Below, piece by piece: positions 24,641 to 38,784 of a stretch of DNA of 64,000 bases (position 1 is its first letter; each line of letters opens with the position of its first letter). The position numbers were made by a program, and so were the translations under genes. Source of the DNA: Lama glama (Eukaryota); contig CM052817.1 in NCBI GenBank assembly GCA_028534125.1, positions 7,814,001-7,878,000 of the forward strand, written 5' to 3'. Below the pieces are notes generated by a model. It searched no databases, was not told where the DNA came from, and saw only the letters and a program-made list of their open reading frames with translations.

Positions 24641-26699
24641 GTGAAGGAGTTAGCCTTGGTCAGGAGGACTAACACTTTTATTCCAGGAGGGGAGGGACAA
24701 AAGGATTGGGGGCAGTAGTTTGCAAGCCACGAAACGCACACCTGTCCGCCTCTCTCTCTCCTCACAGGTCCAGCAGGTACAAAGCTGGACAAAGGCTGAA
24801 GTAGGGGGTTGGGTGGAAGCAGAGCCCAGAATTGGGTGGAGTCTTGAGGTCAGAGGTCAGAGTGGTGCGGATGAAGCTGCTAGACCTAACCCTGCTGCGA
24901 CTCAGGGGATGAAGACCTGCATGGGTGCACGAAAAGGCTGCTTCAGGACAACAGCACCCCTCAAGCTGTCTCTTCACCCGACTACTCACTGACAGCTTTC
25001 AGGCAGTTTTACATTTCAACAATGCCAGAAACTGACTTTCCATGTTTGAAGGGATCAAATTCTCTTTTTTTTCTCTCCGAATGTTTCAAAGAATATTTTA
25101 ACATAATGAATCCTAACATACATTGGGTTTCCCTCACTCGTATATCAGACGTTCCATAAATACCCCGTAGGTTTTGTTGACAGATTGATTGATCCTGGAT
25201 TTCCAGGGGCCGAGCTCCCCTCCCAATCGCCCATGTCATGCGCCTGACCCACAGCCCCAGGAGGTAGAGAGAGCAGGCTAGGCTCCCGCATGCTCAGAGT
25301 GCAGAGAAGAAAGCTTATGTGGCTCAGGACCAGAGTTCTGCAGCCAAGTTCTCCTAATCCCCTGCCCCCTGCTCTGCCCGGCGGACCCTCTATGAGATCA
25401 CTAAACTGCCTTCTGTCGGCACTCCTTGAGTTATTACTCCCTTAGCGGTCATTTGCGGGAGTGGAGGACATTCGTGGACACCAGGGGATTCTCACTTCAA
25501 ATAAAGCATATCTTCTCTCAATTAGAAATGGAAAGAAAGAAAGGGGACATGTGTGTGAGGGGACTGGATGGCAGGCACTCAAGTCTTAAAGTGCCAGCCC
25601 CCAGCTCGGGGGATGAGTCATGCTTCCTGAGCTCAGGGGCTGAACACACTCCAGCATCTTCCCTGAGGGCTGCCCCTCTGTCTTAATTAAAGTCTCCTAT
25701 GTTCCCATATTGATGGAGAGAGGGGGCCACTCATGAGAGACGGCTGGGGCGGGGGGAGGGGTGGGGAGTGCACTGGGCAAATGACAATCCAATTACACAA
25801 ACCCTGTGCTTGAAATAGAAGCTGGACCCCAGCTCTGAAGCTGTACCTCCTGCTGCTGGCACCTGCCTGCTCCCTCCTGCGCCTTCCCTTGCTCCCTACT
25901 GCAGAGCCAAAGAATGAAGTCTTTCCTAAGGCAGGCTTGGCCGTAGGGAGGCCCTGACATGAAGTCACGTTCCACAGCCTTCCCCAGGCACTCCTGCTGT
26001 GAGCGTAGCCTCACCAAGGAACCTTCAATGATAAGTTAATCCTATTGACAGACGGCCAGGAAATTGGTCAGACCTACAACAGTTCTTAGGCTCACTACAC
26101 TGGAAGTGCTGGCTGTGTTCTCGCATAAATGGGGAACTCTCAGAGACCAAAGGGACCTTGGAAGAAGTGCTTTGCTTTGTTTAGAAAAGTTGAAGCACAG
26201 AGAGGTGGTATGACATGACAAAGTCACACAGCAAGTAACTAACTCTCTGGGTTCAAATTCAGGTACATCTGATTCCAAAAGTAGGCTCTTTTCAATAGAC
26301 CTGAGTCTCAGAGCTGCCTCCTTAAAGATGCTTCAGGGATTCCAGTAACAATAAGGTGTTTTCCACCAAAAAATAGAAGACTTGTCATTAAAATTTTTAA
26401 ATATATTTTTAAAATTTTTAAAGTATATTTTAGTCACAAATAATGCATTTCCTTTATTTTTTAAATTGCAATATCTTACCAGATTTTCCTTCAAAGAAGC
26501 CTGAACGATATTACACTGAGCCCTGAAGTCCAGGGTGCTTGGTGACAATGAAGTAAACCATCCTTTTAGAATCATTAGAATCAGTCAACAATGCAGCAAA
26601 ATATAAGAAACGCATGACTGGTGAAGGTACAAGAACTGGGGGTGTGCCCCACTTAGAAGTGGAAGTGGGGGTGCCCGCCAGGGGCCCCCTCAGTCCTGA

Positions 26700-26991
26700 G
26701 CTCTCACAATCTTAGGTGGAGAGAGGTGCTTCACCCAAGGTCACGCTCCTCCCACAGAAGCAGCTCCTGTCCAGTCACTAGCCTGGGTGCAGCAGCAGCA
26801 AGGGTACAGCTCTGCAGCCGTCCCAGCTCCGGAGCCCTGGTGGGCTAGCTCAGACCTTTGCTGCAACTGCATCTCTGCCCAGCCTCTCCTTCTGCTCAAC
26901 CCTCCCTCCCTGTTCCCTCACACTCCACAGGAAACCACCTGCATGCAAACCACAGGGTCTCAGAATATTTTCAGAGAACCTGACCTAAGAC
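26700..26991 (+). mobile_element. ERVL solo LTR fragment (LTR16-like)
   Basis: 3' end 'cctgcatgcaaacc...gtctcagaatattttcagagaacctgacctaagaca'. Confidence 0.75.
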
Positions 26992-27771
26992 AGGAAAGGG
27001 CAGCTGCATCACTTAAAACGTTGCGATCTGTCATTAAAAAACCGTTCTTAAGTATAAAAAAAATTAAATATAATAGGCAGTGATTTATAACAGAAAAAAA
27101 TGTAGACAAGCAGATTACTTAATAAATATATATCTTTCTATATATAATAGGTGTTTATTTTTCTTTAAATTATACCGTATTTCAAATATGTGTGCAAATA
27201 GTATTCTAATGTTTTTTAAGCTGAAAATGATATTTTTAAAAGACACAACCATCACTAATTGGATTGTGTCTTGTTAAGAGCAATAATCACACCTGAGAAA
27301 ATACTGCCTTTTTTCTCCCCCTATTAGCCAAGCTAGCCCCCGTCACCACACGGCAACTACAGAACGCCACAAATGAAATAAGCTCTATTCCAATCAGACA
27401 GCCCACATCTTGGGTAAACAGTCAACAGCAAGAAAGGAAAAGAGATGGAGGAGATCGTGACACTTCTGTTTCTTATAAGGATGAGAGCTCTCTGAAGTAA
27501 TCATGACAAACATCTGAATACTGAGTGGTGGATAACGAGTGCCAGACTTCTCTGTGTGTTTGAGATATTTTATAACTAAAATATGTCATTTTGAAGAATA
27601 TTCACTTCCAAGCTGGATCTCAGCATAGGATCAGTAATCATGAAACAGGCATCTGGTTGTTGGTCCTGCCATTGACACAGCACTCATCACCTGGGTCACT
27701 TGTCACCACCTCTTCATCCCAGTGTCTTCCAGGTTCTGAAACGTGGGGGTCAAGAGTTGGACAGATGTAAG

Positions 27772-28258
27772 TGTCCCTATGAAACAGACTCCTCTTCCCC
27801 TGCTAGATCTGTTCTGTATTTCTTCCTTCCTTCCTTAGAAACAGAAACCCTGATAGTTACTGGTACAAGGCTGCCTGGAATAGATGTATTTTCCATCCCT
27901 CTTCGCAGCTAAGCATGGCCATGTGACCAACTTTTGACCGTTATGATGTGTGGAGCTGCCTGCAAGTGTTTCCAAGATGAAGAGACAGCCCCTTCTTTGT
28001 CCTGCCTCCTTCCTGTTGGTTGGAATGAAGAAATGGCGGCTGGAGCTGACACTGGCACCTGGACAAAAAGAAGGCATCCTAAAGGTTATGAAGCAACAAA
28101 ACGGAGAGCCCTGGTGCCAGGTAATTATGGTGCCCGAGCTGAGCCTGGACCCATTTATCTGTTTATGTAAACAAGAAAGACTGGTCTATCATCATAAAAT
28201 CACCACGTTCAGGAAATCTGAGGTCATTTGTCACATGCAGGTGAACCTAGTCATAATA
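27772..28258 (+). mobile_element. Old MaLR solo LTR (MLT1K/L-like)
   Basis: 'gcagctaagcatggccatgtgaccaactttt...ggaatgaagaaatggcggctggagct'. Confidence 0.7.
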
Positions 28259-28789
28259 AAAAACAGTCACTAAAAATACCACCATTTCCAGACTGGGCCA
28301 CACTTAACTCACTTCTGAGAGATGACACAGCTTTCATTTTAAAACCTTCGAAAGAGATAGGCATCACAAATGCATGCTAAGTAAGGCACTTAATCATCGT
28401 AAAGTATACTTCCTTCCCAGGTTCCAGGGAGTCAGAATTGGAGGAGGTTATCACATAGTCATAAGAATGATGATTTGTTTGCATCTGGGAAATGGAATGT
28501 GGTGATATAGAAATTAACAGAACTGCTTGCATTATAATCTTGATTCATTACTTCTTTCTACTTTACAGACCAATTTTTCACATCAAATTATAAAATTCTT
28601 GAGAATATAGCTAGATAAGGTTTTGTACATGATGAATGTTTAGGAAATCTTTTTAGATTACTTATAAAAGTTCTAGTTACACTGTAGAGTTCAATATTAA
28701 TAAGTAAACCTGGAAATTCTTTTCATTAGTGGCGAGCTCAAAGGATGGAGCAATTTAGTGAGGTAATTCAAATCAAAAAATTTTCACTT

Positions 28790-31045
28790 GGATCAGGAGA
28801 AAGATAGTGGCTGAATTTTAGCAACATCACACTACCTTGTAATTTCTCCTCACCTTCTCCCACCTTTGGCGAGAGCGTAAGAAAAGCAGCAAGATCCAGC
28901 TTTCAAGGAGCGATTGCACAGTGAATGAACATTTAGCGTCACTTCATCAGGAAGCCTCACTGAAAGAACAATGAAGGAATGTTTAAGGTGTAGAACACAA
29001 AGACACAGAGAATTGGAAAGGAAATAGAAGCCACAGAATTTGGGGAGCTAGGAAACAGAAGGATGAGTTAATAACTGACCTAGAAGTTGCCACAGAAATG
29101 AGAGCTAGCCAACTTGCACCATGGTACCTCTATATGGATAGCAGTTAGCATCCTCAGGACCCCATGGAGATAAGCATAAATGTGGAGATGAAATGGGTAA
29201 ATAGGCTGAAAATCTTTTTACAAAGCCATTGGATCACCATATCCTCTCCACTACTACAACTCTGACAGTAAATGCAGGTTTATTTTCCAAGAAAGATAAG
29301 ACAGAAGGTACATGGACCAGGGGACACCATGTGAAGTTTAGGTACAGTGCTCTGGAAACAAGGAGATTACATGAAAATTTGCATTCTAATTGTTCCCTTA
29401 GGCTCTCAGGTCTCTAGAAGCCAAGCCTGTATCTCCCAAGCAGGACACTAAAAGATAACTCTCCAGGAAATCTGACCAGCCCAAGAAAAATTATCTAAAG
29501 ACATTCATATCAGCAGTTCCCCCTATAAAAAGCCCAGATCTGGGAGAAGAAAAAAAAAAGGAAAGAAAAGAAAAGCCTAGCTCTGGCACCTGATAATGGA
29601 GATCAGGGTCAAACACCCAGCCACACGTCTCAGACCAACCCAAAAACGAATCAGGTATCATCATTCTCAAGCAGGACTCTTGACGCTGGAAGACAATGGA
29701 GAAATATCTTCAAATTACTCAGGGAAAGTGATTTCCAACTGTGATGGTAAACTATGTGTCAACTGGACTGGACCATGGGGTATCTAGATAATTGGTCAAA
29801 CATTTTTTCTGATTGTTTTTGTGAGGGTGTTTTTAAATAAAATTAACCTTTAAATTGGTAGACTAAGTAAAGCTCTTCCTAAGGTGGGTGGGCCTCATCC
29901 AATCAGTTGAAGGCCTGAATAGAACAAAAAGGCTGACCTTCAGACAGGAACTCCACTGTTGGCTCTTCTGGTTCTCAGGCCTTTGAACTCAGACTGGAAC
30001 TAAACCACTGGTTTTCCTGGTTCTCCAGCTTGCCAAATCACTCTGCAGATCTTGGAACTTGCCAAACTCTGTAACTGCATGAGCCAATTTCTTGTAGTAA
30101 GCCTATCTATCCATCTATCTACCCGTCCGTCCATCCAACTGGTTCTCTTTCTCTAGAGAATTCTGACTAATATATCAGTATTAATTCAGTGTAAACAGAG
30201 AATAATAACCTGCCAGATCCCCCAAAAGTTACTTCTATTTCTCCCTTTATCAAAAACCTAGAAAAGCAGACGTCCACCAAGGAGAATGGACCAAAACTAT
30301 AGAAGTCATGGACAGAGGAAACAGAAACTCCAACACAAGAGACAGGGTATCCCTAGGGTGTTTTAGGAGGGTCTAGGTTGCAGATCTAGAAAAGGAACCA
30401 GTCCTCTAGAGTGAAAAAAGGCCCTAACGACAATGACTCCCAGGGGACAGAAATCGAACACTACTTTTGTTTTATTATGCTAAGGGGAGATTCAACAAAC
30501 TGGGAGAGAGCTTGAGGAACATTTAATAACAAGTATATTTTTAAAACCAACCAACCAAACACACAAAAGTTCTGCTACAGAAGGAAAGTAATTATAATAT
30601 GCTAAATGGCTTAACTATTACAAACACTGAATTTTGTCTTAACTAAGATTATGGTATAACTAAAGATCAGGAAATTGACAACACTGAAGCATTTTTGACG
30701 AAGAAAAGTAGCAATTTCCTAGAATTCAACCTAATATAATAGAAGGTTGGGGGTGGGGGACCGTGCCAGTGTGTATGCTGAGCAGGAGGAGGCGGGGAAG
30801 AGAGCTACATCCTGTCTTCCACTGTAGGAAATCAGTCAGTAAGGCCTGAAACTGACAAATGCAGGAACAGCAGGGAAAGCGTGTTACCTAGAGATACGGA
30901 GGCAAATATCCACAGGAACAACAAAAATGGTGAGAGCTGCTGCGGGAGTGAGGTCCACCAGACGTGCAGTCCGACACAGCTGTTTGCATCTTCAAACTAC
31001 ATTGTCCATATGACTGTACTCAAAGTTAACATTAAAATTAAAAGC
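28790..31045 (+). mobile_element. HAL1 / ancient L1-derived element, fragmented and interrupted by an MLT2 LTR
   Basis: ORF1-like 'gaagacaatggagaaatatcttcaaattactcagggaaagtgatttccaac' continues after the LTR into 'gaggaaacagaaactccaacacaagagacagg'. Confidence 0.6.
29740..30174 (+). mobile_element. ERVL solo LTR (MLT2D-like)
   Basis: 'tgtgatggtaaactatgtgtcaactggactgg...gggcctcatccaatcagttgaaggcctgaatagaacaaaaaggctgacc...ctgactaatata'. Confidence 0.92.
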
Positions 31046-33509
31046 TGGAATCAGGGGAAAATAAGAGCCTTGCTTCCCATGCTGTTAACAAGGTGGAGAT
31101 CTTATGCTCGGTAGACATCCACATCAACTTCTTCTCATGACCCTGTGTTGTACACTCAAAAAAAAAAAAAAACCTTGCTTATAAAGGGGCATATGTTTAT
31201 ATATCCAAGCAGAACTTTCACCAAGAAGTATAAATAGTTTGTGATGGTTGAAGGAAACATTCATAGTTAATAATTAATTAAGTCAAAATGAAAACCTGAG
31301 CTAGACTAAACAATGATGGAGAATGCTAAAGGATCAGTGAAAACAAATCATAATTCTACAAAAGTGTGTTTTCCTGTATATTTTGTTTTAAACTAGGTGT
31401 CCTACTTAAATACATTGTTTGTGCTAATGTTATAATGTTTGTGCTTAGTTCCCTTAATAAGTACTTTTTCTTTACATAAAAAGCACAGTTGAGTGTGGAA
31501 GCAGTCTTATTTCCCCATCGACCAAGATTCTGATACTCCTGTGGGTTCATATTACAAAACAATAACTAGTGACCTATCTAAGACAAGACAGTTTACCCAA
31601 CTGACATGTAAAATATCCAGCAAGAAAAAAAAAGTTTCATCCTAAATGGACTAGCAAATACAAACCTGTGAAGAATGGAAAGCACTATCAACACGGAGGT
31701 GCCTTGGTTATTGCAATGTAACGGTTAACTGGTCTACAGGAACTATTTTTACTCTGAGGAGAACATTTTCAGTGGAACAGGAGAGGCTGGAGCCAGGCTG
31801 CAGAAGGTTAAAGAATATGTGGGATACGAGAAGTTACAGATGCCAAGTGCAGAGAACTCTATAAGAAATTTGCCTGTGAGGGGGTAAGACAGTAGCTGGA
31901 AGACAGGGGGTCAAGAAGGTTTGTTTTTCTGTTTTTACTTTAAGATGAACTTCCTTTTGGATGATTCGGAAGCTCATAAGATGATCAAAAAAAAAAAAGG
32001 TGGAATGACTCAACATATATTGGAAGGAAGAAAGGGAGAAAGGTAAAGAAGGGAGGGAGAGAACAAGAGGGGAAGGACGGGTGGAGTTAGGAGCATTTAC
32101 ACCACGTGCTGGTAGTGACTCATGTTTCAGATGAGGAAACTGAGGTTGACAGAGAACAGAGGGAAGCAGAACCATGTTCCAAAGTGCAGTCTGCCTGAGC
32201 TCAAGTCAGCCATGGTCATGAATCCCATGACTTTGCACCTCACAGGTAACAATTACCTAGAACTGGCATTCAGTTCTTTTGGGAGTAAAGAAAATTTTGA
32301 AAAAGACACTGGTACCATTTGTCGATTTTCCAACTAAACCATTCCTAAAAGGCTGGGTTAAGTGAGAGAGGAGTTAGAAATGACCATCAGTGCATATAAA
32401 AGGGTCTGAAAACAACACAAGGATGTAGGGAAACGCTGCTGCCAGCCCTTCAAGCGTTTCACATCTTCACAGTGAGAATGCACAGTTACTGAACAGAGTG
32501 GAGCCCCTCGGTGTTGGTTACACTCTGACAACAAAGGGGAAGTCAGCGCAGACAAAAACTATTAATGCATCCGGCAGACTCATTCACTCTGCATTTCTGA
32601 GCTGTTGCTTGGCCCCTGCTAAGGTGCCCCTGAGACAGCTCAACCAACACAATGAAAGGTGAAACTGCACACAGCAGATTTGTTAAACCAGGCTAGCACA
32701 TTTAGAAGGAAATATCACTCCCAAACAGCATTGCCATTAGCAAACTGTATAATATTTATTAAGCACTCTACTGCCTGGAATACCCTCTTGTAACCAGTAA
32801 AGATTAGGAGTTAAAGGCCATAGGAAACATGAGTTTTTCTTTTGTGAATGCAGACAAGGAGTTCTTTATAGTTTCGCATAAGCTGGAGTAGTGCATACTC
32901 TCTTAGCGATCATTTTCCACGTCACCTCAAAACTGAGTCATCCAAGTTCCCAGGGCCCTGTGACATGTCATTCTGGCAAGACAGACATCTGGGAGAAGTC
33001 TGTCTTCTATCCTTCAGGTCTTCCCCCAAGTCTAAATACCATTGCTCTCTCAGGAAGTGAGAACGGCTGGAAGGGAGGGAAGTTGAGGTTCTTCAAGGTT
33101 CTATTCCCACTGCCTTCAGGGACGGCAGCCGGCCCTGCCCGGCACAGGGGAGGTGCCTAACAAAAGCTTGCTGAGGTCACGAGCAAACGACCGGATGAAC
33201 AAGTGGACAGAGAGCGCACTGCTGAGAATGGAGTGGGGATGAATGCGGAGGAAAGATAACTGAGACAGAAATCAGGAGATTGAGGTTCTAGCCACATCAA
33301 CTCAGTAGAATCAAGGCATTTAAACTTAATTTCTTGTTGATATCTGAATATAAAGCAGGACAGGTGTATGTAGCACAGACATGTAGCACATACGTGTAGC
33401 AGTGTGTTTAGCACACTCCACCAATGACTAGTGACAGATGATATAAAAGTGCTCCAGCTCCCTCATCCCGCAGCTAGGATAAATCTGAGACACACCCTTT
33501 TATGTGTTT

Positions 33510-34422
33510 CTAACCAGCATACCCCTCCATATCCAAGGTTCTCTCTTGAGCTTCCAATTTTTATGCCCACCATACTGTGGACATCTCCACCTGGACATCT
33601 CCCAGGCACTTTAAATTTAACCTACAAAACTGAACTCATTCTCTTCCTCTGCCTCTTACTATTTCCCATCTTAGTTATTCGATGTACCATTCACTCACCC
33701 ATCCAGGTTAGAGGACTGGGATTCGTTGCTAACCTCGCCCTTTCACTTGCCTTGTGCTCATCCATTTCATTCTTTACATGCTCCTGACTTCACCTCTTAT
33801 GCATTCTCTAAATAAGTCCCTCTTTCTCCATCTTTACTACCAGCACCAGGAGCCTGTCTCACCTGGATTACAGCGGCACACGTCTAACAGTTTGCTGAGT
33901 TGCCCGTTCCCACCGCCCTGCACCCATGCTTTGCACTGCATTTCTAACTGCTTCAGTGGTTCCTGCCTCCATAAGGATAAAGTCCCTGCCCTCTTTGCCA
34001 TTTTGCAGGTGCTCTGTGAGGCCGCCCACAAGCCACAGCACTAGCCTGTCAACTTCGCAATTTCTAGTCTAGTAAATACTAACGGCTTGTTTCTCTATCC
34101 CACCAGTCTTTCTGCCTGAATATTTTGTCTTCTTTGCTGGAATACATTCCCATCCTTCTTCACCTAAATATGTGTTCTGGATTCAAAGCATCCATTTTTC
34201 CCTTCAGAAGATCTTCCTAACCCGGACCCAAGGCTGTGCTGGGTTGCTTCTCCTCCATGTGTGCATAGCATTTTAAGCATCATATTGAAATGATCTGTTC
34301 CCTCAGCCTGCCCATAAACCTTTCAAGGCTAGAGATCATGATGTGTTTATTCTAATATTCACAACATCTTTCCCATGCACCCAGAACATAATAGGGAGCC
34401 AATAAATATTTGTGGAGTAGTG
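33510..34422 (+). mobile_element. Long degraded L2 LINE fragment with 3' tail
   Basis: 'ggacatctccacctggacatctcccaggcactttaaatttaacc'; tail 'cccagaacataatagggagccaataaatatttgtgga'. Confidence 0.8.
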
Positions 34423-36224
34423 AAAACCTTTGTCTAGCCATGTCATAACATTGCAGTCGTCCAGTCAGGGAACTGTAGGTCTTATCCCACAGGTGGTAGG
34501 CATGATCCAAGTGGTGTTTCAAAAAGTCATTTTGGTAGCAAGGTGGTGGGTTAAAGGAAAGGAGACGGTCTTGGAGATGGCGTTTCATTCTCTATTCCAT
34601 TCTACTTTATTCTGTTTTCCATTCTATGACTATGATCACAACGTGTAATTGTGTATTTATTTGTCTTCATTTTACAGACCACCCAGTGCCCAGGGCAATG
34701 CCCTCTGTGATCACCAGGCAGGCCTTGCGAGTCAAGGAAAAGGTACCTACCTACAATAACCGAGGTTTCTCTCTTGGATAATAGTGGACAGTAAAGGCAT
34801 TCATGACTGCCTGCAACATATTTTGAAATGCATTAACAATAATAACATGGATTGATTGATACCTACCAAGGAAGGAAGAAATAGATGAACAGAGACATAA
34901 TAAAGCAAGCAGAGGAAATTGTTAATGATAGCATCCCTCTACCACAGAAAGCATTCTGGTGTTCACTGTAAAATACATTTAACTCTTCAGTATGTCTGCA
35001 AGTTTTCATAATAGATGTTGGGGATAAAAAAGCATTCATGATAAAAACTGACGGTTCCCAAATGGACACAAGGGATGATGCGGAACAAGACAGGGGAACG
35101 ATTCGCTTTCTTTTCTAGTACTAGAAACAACGCCCGCGCCTGCCCCACTCCTCAGTCCCAGCTGCCACTTCAGCGCAGATGGTCAACGAACCATACGTAT
35201 CTACATGCCATCAGTGACCCCACCTTTCTCTGCCTCAGCTCCAGACTTGCTCAGTGAACCAAAGCAGTCTATTTCCGATCACATCAGTAACCCAGAGTTT
35301 ATTGTAAGTGCAAAGCAGGGCAGAAAGCTTGTCCCTGTTGAATCTTCTTGTTATTCTTAAACTGGGAAGTTGAACTTCCCCACCTGCAAATGAAACTAGA
35401 AACCTCTTTTCTCCACTCCTGAAAGGACTGGGGAAAAAAAAGATTTTCAAATGGAAGAACTCTTTTTCCAATGTACAAAACATTTTTTTTTTCTTTCTTA
35501 CTACTTGTCAAGAGCATCAACTTTCTCTAAAAATGCTGAAAAGCTACCTGGGAAAATTTCATGATGGCTCATTAAAAGAAAAACCACATCAACTGTCAAA
35601 AGGAGTTGTTACATTTTGTTTCCTGATCTTCTCGATAGTTTGGATTTTTAAGAGTTTTCTTCCAAAAACACAACCTAAGTCAATGTACCTATTCTCCAGG
35701 TTCTGAAACATGGGGACTTCTCGTAACTTTGCAAAGAGAAGGCAGTTGTTTGCCTGGCCCAAGGTGTACACTGACTCTTTCATGCAAATACATCTTTCTA
35801 CTCCTGTGGCCAAGTGCCGTTCTGTTATTGCCGCATGTTTGTTCAAGTGGTGAGGAAATATTAAATATCACACATTCTCAGCAGAGATCGGACAGTAATT
35901 ATCAGCAGATGGCAGCAGCAGGGGACTGAGAGCACAGAAGAGTCCTCCCCGCGGGAGGGCTTGTGCCCATCCCCAGGCGACTCACTGGTCACAGACCTGG
36001 GCAGATAAGACGAAGGTAACTACCGACCCCTCTCCTCCTCCCCACATTACCTTACCTTTCCTGGGCATCCACCTTGAGCGGCTGCTCCAGGCTCCCTCAA
36101 AGCGGCAGGAGATTCACCTGTGCGCCGGGGTCACTTGGCCATCGTCCGGAGAAGGGAAGCATCGTCAGGAGGATTCTGAGTGTTTCAGAAAATGCACAGA
36201 ACACATGCAAATGGATGTAAGTCA

Positions 36225-36730
36225 GTTCAACAAGTGCATGCTGACAAGCTGCTCTGTTCCACACGCCTGCCAGACGAGAAATTAGGAACACAGAGATAAA
36301 AAGATATAAACCTGTTTCTTGAGGAATTAACATCTAATGAGGGAAACAATTACTTACAATATACTAACAGCAGTCATTGAAATATATATACTAGGTAAGT
36401 GTCAATTTTTTTTCCATGATTAACTGTCTGGAATATAAGTTGTAGGGGTTTGGAAGCTATGTCAAGAAAGGCTTCGAGGAGAGGTGACATCTGGACTCAT
36501 GAACTAGAATACATTTATTCTAGAAACATGACAGGTTATAGGCCTACAGCATTGAAAGAGACAGACAGGACCTCTGACCTAAGGAAGCTTCTATCTACAG
36601 GAAACAGGAAGATTAGAAGAGGAATTTTCACAGCAAACTAGCAGGCAAGGTCATTCCTAGAGGCGATGAGAGGGACGACTTGTGCAAAGGCACAGAGTAT
36701 GGAAGAGTCGGGCATATGGACGAGGCGAGA
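36225..36730 (-). mobile_element. L2 LINE fragments
   Basis: 'aggaattaacatctaatgaggg', 'cattcctagaggcgatgagagggacgacttgtgcaaaggcacagag'. Confidence 0.6.
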
Positions 36731-37149
36731 AGCGGCTGTTGGGTAAAACTAGCAGCCCTTCCTTTACTCATGGATGTATTAACCCAATCTTTACGCCAAG
36801 GCACAGGCACGGGAAATGCAGTGCTGAACAATCCTGGTGCGGTCTCAGTCTTTACGGAGTTTATTGACTCCATAGAGAATGCTGGACATTGAGGACAATA
36901 TTCAGTATATACTGTCTTCTTTAAACTCCATAGGAACTAAAGCCCCTTGAAGAATTCGGTTGTTTCCATCATGAAAAGAACAATTTTGATTTTTCTCTTT
37001 TAGGTAACTACAACGTAGACACAAAGATGAGGGAGAGCAGCATGGATGAAGGATTCTACAGAAATCCCACCATGGCTTAAAATCACTGCCAGGGAAGAGT
37101 GAAAACAAAAAGATGCTCCCACATGGTCCTCCCATCAAAATCCATATGA

Positions 37150-38780
37150 AAAATTTAATGCAGAAAATAATGATACCTTTGTACCCATCACCCAGATTGA
37201 ACACACCTTAAAATATGCTCCACTTGCTATTGTGAAGAAGGAAAACATTACAGAGAGAACTGAAGCCCCCCTTTAAACCCCTTCCTTATCCTCCCATCCT
37301 CCATCCTACTCCAGAAGCAACCACTAACCTGGTGTTCATCTTGGTCCTTTCTGTCTATTTTTAACAAATTATATATATATACAAACATACACACACACAT
37401 ACATACATTATACAAACATACAGCATACATACACACACACACATACATTATATGATATTAATTTATTTGTTTTAGGATAGAATTGTTTTGCATAGTCTGT
37501 ATAATTTAAAATAATATTATTATACTCTATATTTTATTCTACAACTGACTTTTTATACTTAAAATTAAACTTTCAGGATTTTCCCATGTTATTCAAGACA
37601 ACATCTCCTGTATTTTTTTTTTATTCTCTAGGATTCTCCAGAGAAGCAGAATCTATGACATATATATATATATATGACGAGATTTATTGTAGGGATTGGC
37701 TCACCTGATTATGGAGGCCAAGAAGTCCCATGATCTGCTGTCTGCATGCTGGAGACCCAGGGTGCTGGGGGTGTAATTCAGTCCGAGTCTGAAGGCCTGA
37801 GAACTGGGAAGCTGATGGTGAAATTTCCCCTCCGAGTCTGAAAACCCAACAGCCAGTATCTGAGAACAGGAGAAGAGGGATGTCTCAGCTCAAGCAGAAA
37901 GAGGGAATTTGCCCTTCCTCCAACTTTTTGTTGTTACTTGAGCCCTTGGTGGATTGGATGGTGACCACCCACATTGGGGAGGGGCAAGTGCTTACTCAGT
38001 TTACCAACTCAAATGCTAAGTGCTTCTGGAATCACTCCAGCAGACACACACAGAAATACTGCTTTACCAGATCCGGGCATCCCTTAGCCCAGTCAAGTTG
38101 ATACATAAAATTTACTTTATTGTTCTTTTTCTTAACTTCTTTTGCTCTCATTTTTTTAATTCTCTGAGATGTCTACAATTCTTTCTTTTTTCGCTGTTGG
38201 TTGGCAATATATAAATTGTGTTTATATTTTAGTATTTAACATTAACCTTTTATAATTTTCTAACAAGTCTAGGATTATTCACTATTTTTGTCCTCCTATA
38301 AACAAATCAAGGGCTTTATCATGTTTTAACTATTCTGTTATAATCTAGTATCTATTCTTTTTCTATATTACCTGGACATTTAGTTTTATATGTTTCTTGG
38401 TAAGCTGTGTTTACCTTCATTAAATATACTAAGATATTTTGTTAATCTGTGCTCACTATTTTTACTTGCATCTATTCATCTTTCTGGTTTTACTTTTCTT
38501 CATTTTTTAAGCACATCTTTTTTTTTTTTTTTAGTAAAAGCTGTGGATGATAAATTCTTTAATCTCTGTCTGAAATTTTATTTACGTCTCCCTTTTAAAT
38601 TATAGTTTTTTTGGATCTAAAATTATAAATTGACAGCTATTTTCTCTCATCACCCTGAAGGTATTGATTCATTGCCTTTTAGCATCTTTATGATAAGGAG
38701 AAATCACTGTCATTGTATGTCATTTTTTGTTGTTGTTGTTGTTAACTTACCTGTTCTCTCTGTTAGCTTTAAGATTGGTC
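37150..38780 (-). mobile_element. Ancient L1ME-type fragments, interrupted by an MLT2 LTR
   Basis: T-rich degraded L1 'ccagaagcaaccactaacctgg', 'ataaattctttaatctctgtctgaaa...attgacagctattttctctcatcaccctgaag'. Confidence 0.6.
37620..38112 (-). mobile_element. ERVL solo LTR (MLT2B/C-like)
   Basis: 'ggattctccagagaagcagaa...attatggaggccaagaagtcccatgatctgctgtctgc...gcccagtcaagttgatacataaaatt'. Confidence 0.9.
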
Positions 38781-38784
38781 ATTT

